This document shows, one piece after another, positions 57,243 through 64,000 of a DNA stretch of 64,000 bases. Source of the DNA: an uncultured delta proteobacterium (GTDB lineage Bacteria > Myxococcota_A > Polyangia > Polyangiales > Polyangiaceae); contig CAWKKR010000002.1 in the NCBI GenBank assembly GCA_963850305.1, positions 96,001 to 160,000 on the forward strand. The letters are read 5' to 3'. Each line of letters starts with the position of its first letter. The first letter of the stretch is position 1. A program made the position numbers and the translations under genes. The notes under the pieces were generated by a model. That model was given only the letters and a program-made list of their open reading frames with translations. It did not search any database and was not told the origin of the DNA.

Positions 57243-58457
57243 GTGGGCGGTGACTCGCAAAGTGACCTGGAACGACGGCTCGGCGACGCGCTGCCCCGAT
57301 TCGGGGTAGCGGGCCGTGTCGAGGTGCGGAACGGCGTCGCATCAATCCAGGGCAACGGACCGACCGTGACCGCGGACGTGACGGGCATTCTCGCGGAGTG
57401 GTTCGCATTTTCCGAGGAGCAACGTGCGCGGCGTGTCTCGGAGATTGCTCGTCACCTCGCCTCCGAGCGACGGGCACGCGTGCCCGAGCGTGCGCAGGGA
57501 TCGTTTTCGCTCCCATCCTGGTTGGGGCCCGCGACTGCGCTCGCGGGACTCGTCGCGGCGGGCGCCGGCGCCTGGACCTTCTACCAGGGATGGACTGCGG
57601 ACCGCGGCGCCGAAAAGGCCGTCAAGGCTCCCGTGGCCGATTACGATGCCGACGAACGCGAGCGAGCCGCTCGCGCAGCTCGCGTGTGCGACGCGACGCG
57701 CTCGCGCGTGCTGCGCGGCGCTGCCGTCGGGCCGTCGGACGTCGAAGGATGGGTCGTCGAGATCTCGGCTTTGCGCGATCCGTCGAAGCCGCCGCTCGCG
57801 ACGGATCCCGCGTGGGGGGCCTTCGTTGCGAAGGAAAAGGCGACGGGACTGCCGCGCATCGTCTGGCCCGGAGCTCCGTCCCTGGCGAGCGCCGCTGGCC
57901 CCGAAACGACCGTGGCCCTCCTCGAAAGCGACATCGTCGACGGCGAGGCTCCTCCCGTGCTGCGCGGGATGCAGCTCGTCCTCACCGGGCGATACGTGCT
58001 CCCATACTTCCACGATGCGATGCGGATTGACTACGTCAAGTTCGCCAGCGCGCTGACGGACGCGCTCGGTGCGAATTACGCCGCAATGTACGCACGCTGC
58101 GCGGCGGGCACCTCGCATCATATCGGAAGCTGGTTCCGCGGACCGTCACCCGGCGGCGCGTTGACGTCCCTGCTCTACTTCATCGGTTCGTACGGCGACC
58201 GTCCGGATCTTCGGGGCTCGGTGCTCGTCCCGGATGGCGCGGCGTCGATCGACCGTGCCTTCGCATTTCACAACTTGCTCGGCGTCACGTCGGCGATCAA
58301 GAAATCACGCGTGATGACGCTGCTTGCCACCGAGAACGGCATGATCGCGGGCCTGGACGATCAACCTTCGACGATCTCCTTTCCGTTCCGGGACGCGAAC
58401 CGGGCGGGACGGGCTACCCTCGAGATCGCGCGCGCGCTCGGCATCGATACGAACTGA
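57243..58457 (+). CDS. Hypothetical single-pass membrane protein
   Basis: 404 aa, TM at LAGLVAAGAGAWTFY, coding-like bias. Confidence 0.7.
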   Translation: MGGDSQSDLERRLGDALPRFGVAGRVEVRNGVASIQGNGPTVTADVTGILAEWFAFSEEQRARRVSEIARHLASERRARVPERAQGSFSLPSWLGPATALAGLVAAGAGAWTFYQGWTADRGAEKAVKAPVADYDADERERAARAARVCDATRSRVLRGAAVGPSDVEGWVVEISALRDPSKPPLATDPAWGAFVAKEKATGLPRIVWPGAPSLASAAGPETTVALLESDIVDGEAPPVLRGMQLVLTGRYVLPYFHDAMRIDYVKFASALTDALGANYAAMYARCAAGTSHHIGSWFRGPSPGGALTSLLYFIGSYGDRPDLRGSVLVPDGAASIDRAFAFHNLLGVTSAIKKSRVMTLLATENGMIAGLDDQPSTISFPFRDANRAGRATLEIARALGIDTN

Positions 58458-58504
58458 CTCCGCGACTCCCGCGGCAGTTCGGGTCGCTCGGGCACGCCCG
58501 GCCA

Positions 58505-58750
58505 TCACTTGCGCGCCGACCATGCCTCCGGCGTGTACGTGTTCAGGGCCAGCGCGTGAACGGCCCCTTTCATCGCGTCGCCGAGCGCGCCGTAGACGAG
58601 TCTGTGCTGCTGGATCTTGCTCTTGCCCTCGAACGCCGTCGAGACGATGCGGGCCTGATAGTGATCTTGCGTCCCGGTGAGATCCGTCACTTCGACGTCG
58701 GCGCCAGGAAACGCTTGGAGCAGCGCCTGCTTCAGCTCGGTCGGATTCAT
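58505..58750 (-). CDS. bolA: BolA/IbaG family protein
   Basis: DHY...IVSTAFEGKS..QQHRLVY..L, VHALAL.T.TP. Confidence 0.92.
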   Translation of the reverse strand: MNPTELKQALLQAFPGADVEVTDLTGTQDHYQARIVSTAFEGKSKIQQHRLVYGALGDAMKGAVHALALNTYTPEAWSARK

Positions 58751-58754
58751 GGGC

Positions 58755-60725
58755 TCATTCTTTCGGCTGTGGCGCGACGAAGGCAAGATCGCGTATCGCG
58801 TCGCGGAACCTTACCTCCTGCTCGCGGGACGCGAGGTCGATCTCGATGAGTCGCTTCGTGATGGCATCCAGTCGGTCGGTGTCTTTGCGCAGGCGGTCCG
58901 TCAATCTGGCGACGAGGTCGGCGGCCTTCTTGTTCTTCTCCAGCGCCTTGAGACTCGAGCGCGACTCTTCCGTATTTCGCTCCAGGTCGCCCTGTTCCGT
59001 GGTCAGACTCGACCGCTCATCGTAGAGCTCTCTAAGCTTGGCGCGAACCCCCCACGCAGGGCGGAGGACCGCCACGGTTTTGGGATCGCTCTTCGGGTCG
59101 GCGAGGAAGGCCTTGACCGCCACGTCGGCGAGGTCGCTCAACCAATCAGCCGGCTCCTCGAAGGTAGTGCGCTCGTCGACGACGACCGACGCGCTCCCGA
59201 ATGGCGGCACGTCGACGGGCACGAGCGCGCTTCCCGTCCCGACGTTGTCCTCGGTTCCAGGTGGCGGCTGATACAGCCGGGATTCGGGCGCTCGCGGGTG
59301 TTTCACGAGCACGTGACACGCCTCGGCTCCCCCGTTCTTCACCTTGTACGTGGTCTGATGGACGCGGTCGCGCGCGATTACGAGCTGGCTCGCCTCGATC
59401 TTCGTCACGCGTGCGCCGAGCTCGTCGTAGTGATTCTCGCTCTCGACGCCGAGACCGCGCTCGAGCGCGAATGGAACCGTAGCGGTGGCCTTCGGGGGCA
59501 AGGGTTCCAGGACCCCTTCCCCGAGAAACGACCCCTTCTCGAACACCGCGATCGGGCCGCGCTCGAGCAGCCCGTTCGATACGTTCGTGAACCGCACGAC
59601 CCGGAATGGGTGCGAATAGGAATCCGCGACGCCTGGGTCCGGCGCAAACAAGAACACCGCGGCTCCCGGAACGCGTTCGTGGAGGAGCAGCACCATGGTC
59701 GCGGTCTCGTCGGGCACCGTCACGCGGTTCGGCAGCGTGTAGCGTGTGTTCCCGGCTTCGAGCGCGACCGCCGCCAGGGCGCTCATGTGCCGAGGAGCGC
59801 TGATGGACGCCGGCATCGGTGCCTGCGCGTTCCGCATCACCGACTTCGCGGCGGCAAAGCCGCCCGGACCGCGGCGCTTCTTGTCCTCGGCGCGGAAGGC
59901 ACCACCCGACGCCTCCTCCTCGTCCATCACCTTCGGTTCCGGCATCGGCTCCGATGCTGCCGGAGGCGCGGGCGCCGCCGCAGCCGCAGGGGCTTCGGCG
60001 AGCGACGTCTCGCCCGTTGGTACGGTGGCAATGACTTCACCGTTGTCGTTCACGACCGGGCGCTCCGGAATGACGGGGGTTCCGAGCGTCGACTGAAACG
60101 CGATCGGAGCGCCCGCGACGAGCACGAGGTCGACGTTCTTCCACGCCTCGCCGGAAAGGTTCTGTACGATGCCCCAGGTTTGCAGGTCCGCATGGTTCGC
60201 GTCGCCGACGACGACGCGATACGACGGCCTCCAGACCGGCGTTTCTGCGACGTAGCCGATCGACAGATCGTGGGCGCCGCCGTCGAGCGAGAGCACCACA
60301 TCTTTGAGCGCGTTCGGGGACGGCGCCTTGGGCGGCTGGGGCCAGGGCTTCAGCATGCTCTGTTCGTCGGGCGAGGGCGGCGCAGGCGGCTCGTTCGCGT
60401 CATCCTTGACGTCGATGGGAAAGGACGCGCTCTTCACGGAGCCCCCGCCCCGCTCGACGATCGCGAGCGTGGCGAGAAAATCGCCCACCATGCGTCCGCG
60501 CATCCTGAACTCGACGGTGTCGCCGTCGACCCGGCCCGCGCGTTCGAAGTAACCCACGCCGTTCCGGTACACGACGACGCGCTCGAGCGGCAGATCCGAG
60601 GATACGTTCGGTCCGCGCGCGCACCCGAGGGTCCCTCCGAGAGCTGCGGCGAGCGAGAGAACGTGCGCGAGAGGCTGCGAAGCGGAGCGGTGACCACGGC
60701 GCGACGACGGACGCATGGAGCTCAC
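58755..60725 (-). CDS. DUF4139-type lipoprotein
   Basis: Lipobox TLGC; LERVVVYRNGVGYFER, WRPSYR, VQNLSGEAW.NV.L.LVAG. Confidence 0.8.
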   Translation of the reverse strand: MSSMRPSSRRGHRSASQPLAHVLSLAAALGGTLGCARGPNVSSDLPLERVVVYRNGVGYFERAGRVDGDTVEFRMRGRMVGDFLATLAIVERGGGSVKSASFPIDVKDDANEPPAPPSPDEQSMLKPWPQPPKAPSPNALKDVVLSLDGGAHDLSIGYVAETPVWRPSYRVVVGDANHADLQTWGIVQNLSGEAWKNVDLVLVAGAPIAFQSTLGTPVIPERPVVNDNGEVIATVPTGETSLAEAPAAAAAPAPPAASEPMPEPKVMDEEEASGGAFRAEDKKRRGPGGFAAAKSVMRNAQAPMPASISAPRHMSALAAVALEAGNTRYTLPNRVTVPDETATMVLLLHERVPGAAVFLFAPDPGVADSYSHPFRVVRFTNVSNGLLERGPIAVFEKGSFLGEGVLEPLPPKATATVPFALERGLGVESENHYDELGARVTKIEASQLVIARDRVHQTTYKVKNGGAEACHVLVKHPRAPESRLYQPPPGTEDNVGTGSALVPVDVPPFGSASVVVDERTTFEEPADWLSDLADVAVKAFLADPKSDPKTVAVLRPAWGVRAKLRELYDERSSLTTEQGDLERNTEESRSSLKALEKNKKAADLVARLTDRLRKDTDRLDAITKRLIEIDLASREQEVRFRDAIRDLAFVAPQPKE

Positions 60726-60800
60726 GATGACAGTCTTCCGGTCTTCCTTCTACAACGTTCGACCGACCGAAGGCGCTCCGTGATACGTTGGCAGCTTACC

Positions 60801-61865
60801 GTGAGTGCCTCCCCGCCGGCGAAGCCGCCCCCTCTCAAGCGTCAGCCTCCTCCTCCGCCGAAGCGTGACGGCGCGGCGAGCTCGTCGGACGCGGCGCGCG
60901 AGCCCATGACCCAGGGCGACAAGGATTCGATCGCGATCCGCGCCCTCGGGCTCCTGAACGAGCAGGTACAGGCGCGCATCGTTCATTACAAGGGCGACAT
61001 GGAGACGAGCCCTGAGCTCGACGCCATCACGGCGCAGGTCGTCGCCCAGCTCAAGGAAATGCAGGCCGCCCTCGGCCACACGACGGGGGCCGAGGAGCCC
61101 GCGGCGGAAAAGGAAGCCAAGCAGATCGCCACCCTGACGCATCTTCTCGGGCGTGTCTGCGTGGAGGGCAACCTGATCACACAGAACTTGAAGCCCATCG
61201 GTCGGCGCGTGGCGAAGCTCTTCTTCGAGAGCGAGCTTCACGAAAAGACCAAGGGGGACAAAGAGAAGACCATCTACCACGCGGAGCAGGGCGTCTATTA
61301 CGTCCTTCAGAGGTACAAGAACCGCATCCGGACGGAGCTCGAGGGCTTCGAGTACGTGACCCCGGAGACGAAGGCGACGACGCTGGAGCTCCTGACGAAG
61401 GTCGAGCGCGATCTCCAGGTCGCGTTTCTGTCGAGGCGTTCGCCCGAGCTGAATCGCGTGATGAACATCTTCACGACCGTCTTGATGGACTTCTTCCAGA
61501 AGTTCCTGCCGACTCGGCTCGAGCAAATGGCCAGGGTCACCATCCGCAACTCCCGAACCGCGCAGCAATCGAACAGCGTCAGCTACAAGATCTTGCCCGA
61601 GGGGTTTCAGGCTTTCCGCGAGGAATGGGAGCGTCTTCTCATCCAGCAGATGGTCAACTTCTGCGGAGACGAGCTGGTGGACAAGCTCGGCGAGAGCCAT
61701 GAAGAGGTCCGCGAAGAGACCGTCAAGTTCTTCACCGATCCGCACGTGTACAGCGAAACCTGCGAAGTCACCTGCGACGCACTCTACGATTTTCTGTGCC
61801 TCGAGGGCTTCCTGGACTTGCCGGTGGACTGGCGGGTCAAGATCAGCCGGGACGACGTCAGCTAG
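60801..61865 (+). CDS. Hypothetical helical cytoplasmic protein
   Basis: 3' part of the 1062-aa ORF has strong coding bias; the 5' part is the antisense shadow of the DUF4139 gene. Confidence 0.75.
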   Translation: MSASPPAKPPPLKRQPPPPPKRDGAASSSDAAREPMTQGDKDSIAIRALGLLNEQVQARIVHYKGDMETSPELDAITAQVVAQLKEMQAALGHTTGAEEPAAEKEAKQIATLTHLLGRVCVEGNLITQNLKPIGRRVAKLFFESELHEKTKGDKEKTIYHAEQGVYYVLQRYKNRIRTELEGFEYVTPETKATTLELLTKVERDLQVAFLSRRSPELNRVMNIFTTVLMDFFQKFLPTRLEQMARVTIRNSRTAQQSNSVSYKILPEGFQAFREEWERLLIQQMVNFCGDELVDKLGESHEEVREETVKFFTDPHVYSETCEVTCDALYDFLCLEGFLDLPVDWRVKISRDDVS

Positions 61866-61918
61866 TCTACGGCCAGCCCTCCTTGTGCTTCGGTGTGGCC
61901 GCGAATAGGGTGGCCGGG

Positions 61919-63505
61919 ATGAGGCTCACTGAATGTGACAACCGCGCTGGTCATCGCGCGTGGCGGTCGGAGTTCGTATTTCCGGGGCTGGTCGCCCTCG
62001 CATTCGCCCTGGCCATTTCAATCAGGATCGCCGGCATCGGGGCCACGCTGCCGATGGTCACTCACCCCGACGAGCCGAGGAACGAGAAAGTCGTGTTGCG
62101 GCTCGCGGAGCACCCGCTGAAGAGTCCACGGTTTTTCCTTTATCCCTCGGTCTTTTTCTACATAGAGGCGACGGTGGCTCGCGCGTACGAGGGCGTAACC
62201 GGCTCTCCAATCGAGCCCGCGCAGATCCTCAGCAGCGGCGATGCCCGGGTGAGGTCCCCGGGATTCTGGGTCATCGCTCGCGCGACCACGGTGATCTTCG
62301 GCGCGGGAATCGTCGCGATGGCCGTGTGGCTCGGCGCATGGCTCAGCGGTTCGCTCGCGACGGCCTCCGTCGTGGGCCTGTGGACCGCAACATCGCCCCT
62401 CGCTGTCGAGGACAGCCGGTACATCACTCCGGATACCTACGCTGCCTTTTTCACGATGGCCGCCATTCTGGGGGCGTGCAAAATCGCAGCCGGTAACGCG
62501 AGCTGGAAGTGCTACGCGATGACCGGGGCACTCGTAGGCCTGGCGGGCGGGAGCAAATACAACGTCGCGGTCGTGGCGCTTTCCGTGGTCGTCGCACACC
62601 TGTTTCGTACCGGCCGGAGCGGGTTGCTCGATGGACGCATCTGGCTAGCCGGTGGGTGCGCCGTTGCCACGTTCATCGCGACGACGCCGTTTGCGCTCTT
62701 CGACTATGCGCACTTCCGGCAAGATCTGACGTTCGAGGCCGAACATTACAAGAACGGACACCCTGGCGCCGAGGGCATGTCTCTCTGGTTCAACGTCGTG
62801 AGCCTGTGGAACTCCGAGGGGCTGCGCCTGATCTTCGTGCCCGCGGCGGCCCTGGTGAGCGAACGAAGGTCGAGAGTTGGCGTACTGACGATTGCCACGT
62901 TCGCCGCCTGCTATTTCGGGATGCTGTCGTCGTTCGAGGTTCACTTCATCCGAAACCTCGTCCCGCTCATCGGTCCCGTGCTCGTGATCGCGGGGATCGG
63001 GCTCGGGGCGGCCTGTGAGCGCGTCTTTCGACGCTACCGCCCGCGCTCGGCCGCGTGGGCGCTTTCGGGGATGGCAGTGCTCCTCAGCGTCCGGCCTGCG
63101 CTGTCGGCCGTGAACACCATCCGTTCGCGCCAGATCTATCCAAACGCCACCGTTTCAGCCTTCATCGCCCAACGGTTTCCTCGGGGCAGCCACATAGCGG
63201 TCGAGCCGTACGGACCGTGGGTCGATCCGGTTCGATTCCAGGTGATGGGGATCGGCCCGTACGCCGACACCTCCATGAGCGCTCTGGAACACTCCCATAC
63301 TCGATACCTCGTGCTCGCCGAAGGATCGTTCGGCCGGTACTACGCCCAGCGCCGTCGCTACGCGAGGGCGGTCGCCAAGTACGAAGTCCTCTTTCACCGG
63401 TATTGCGAGCTGGCGCGCTTCGATGAAGTCGCAGGAAACGAGATCCGCATCCTGGATCTCTCGTGTATCGCGCCCAGGGCGCGCCGTGAGGGGGCCAGAA
63501 GGTGA
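61919..63505 (+). CDS. GT-C membrane glycosyltransferase (GT39/ArnT/PMT-like)
   Basis: HPDE after TM1, FFLYPS, SRYITPD, GLAGGSKYN, many TMs. Confidence 0.85.
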   Translation: MRLTECDNRAGHRAWRSEFVFPGLVALAFALAISIRIAGIGATLPMVTHPDEPRNEKVVLRLAEHPLKSPRFFLYPSVFFYIEATVARAYEGVTGSPIEPAQILSSGDARVRSPGFWVIARATTVIFGAGIVAMAVWLGAWLSGSLATASVVGLWTATSPLAVEDSRYITPDTYAAFFTMAAILGACKIAAGNASWKCYAMTGALVGLAGGSKYNVAVVALSVVVAHLFRTGRSGLLDGRIWLAGGCAVATFIATTPFALFDYAHFRQDLTFEAEHYKNGHPGAEGMSLWFNVVSLWNSEGLRLIFVPAAALVSERRSRVGVLTIATFAACYFGMLSSFEVHFIRNLVPLIGPVLVIAGIGLGAACERVFRRYRPRSAAWALSGMAVLLSVRPALSAVNTIRSRQIYPNATVSAFIAQRFPRGSHIAVEPYGPWVDPVRFQVMGIGPYADTSMSALEHSHTRYLVLAEGSFGRYYAQRRRYARAVAKYEVLFHRYCELARFDEVAGNEIRILDLSCIAPRARREGARR

Positions 63506-63563
63506 GATAAGGGTGGGCGCGCCCCGGAATTCCTGAGAGCCAGGTGATCGAGCCGCGGCGTCG

Positions 63564-64000
63564 TCATTCGTCGTCCCCGAGCGTGCGCTCGATGATCATC
63601 GCGAGAGCGGTGACGAACGCTGGGTCGTCGCCGAGCGCCGGAACACGCGAGAAGCCGATGCCGAGCCTGGATGCGTGCGCCGCGGCTTCCACGTCGAGGT
63701 CGTAAAGCGTCTCCACGTGGTCTGCGACGAACCCGACCGGCGCCACCACGAGGTGCTGCTTGCCGCCACGCGCGGCATCCTCGATGACCTCCGCGAGTGT
63801 GGGGCCGAGCCATTCGTCTCCGCCTTCGCCCTGGCTTTGATAAGCAATCCGCCCGTTCCGTCCGACTGCTTCCAGGATTTTTCGTGCCGCGTCTTCGAAT
63901 TGTTGCTGGTACGGATCACCCCCGGCAATAACGCGAGTGGGCAAACTGTGAGCGGTGAGGACGAGCTCCGTGTCGAGCTCCGGTTTCCCATCGAGGACCG
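63564..64000 (-). CDS. hemH: Ferrochelatase (C-terminal part; gene starts beyond the window)
   Basis: LTAHSLP...GDPY, AYQSQG...WLGP, PVGFVADHVETLYDLD. Confidence 0.92.
   Translation of the reverse strand, partial: VLDGKPELDTELVLTAHSLPTRVIAGGDPYQQQFEDAARKILEAVGRNGRIAYQSQGEGGDEWLGPTLAEVIEDAARGGKQHLVVAPVGFVADHVETLYDLDVEAAAHASRLGIGFSRVPALGDDPAFVTALAMIIERTLGDDE

Noticed and set aside
58677..60800. N-terminal 700 aa of the 1062-aa plus-strand ORF
   Set aside because: Antisense shadow of the DUF4139 gene; Arg-rich, non-protein-like composition

Overview
High-GC bacterial DNA whose gene content points to a myxobacterium (Myxococcota, probably Polyangiaceae-like). That is inferred from the many Cys-rich lipoproteins, a Ser/Thr kinase, an orphan groEL and an FGE-sulfatase-domain fusion. 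A core-like backbone at 1-7.8 kb and about 29-64 kb carries yfgM-like/bamB-like genes, pyrF, groEL, tRNA-Gln, tRNA-Glu, TRAP permeases, lon, hisB, hisA, pgsA, epmA, apt, surE, bolA and hemH. It is interrupted by an accessory zone. The first part of that zone is a decayed ~13.6 kb island in tRNA-Glu(CTC): a tyrosine-integrase remnant reads into the tRNA, and an exact 15-bp copy of the tRNA 3' end lies at 21344-21358. The island carries a fatty-acid desaturase operon with a FabR/DesT-type operator, an OprO/P-like porin and IS remnants. The most notable observations are: (1) a full-length Lon whose catalytic Ser is replaced while the ATPase motifs are intact; (2) a 31-unit, 21-bp tandem array with higher-order structure; (3) a five-gene envelope cluster (HExxH peptidase-TPR-FGE fusion, SGNH hydrolase, VKOR-DsbA, OmpA-like, TlpA); (4) an orphan FliQ/SctS gene coupled to an N-terminally extended EpmA; (5) an AT-rich operator-like stretch that also encodes the porin signal peptide. 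Several otherwise intact genes carry single-base insertions that may be sequencing errors. All family assignments come from recognising motifs by eye; no searches were run.
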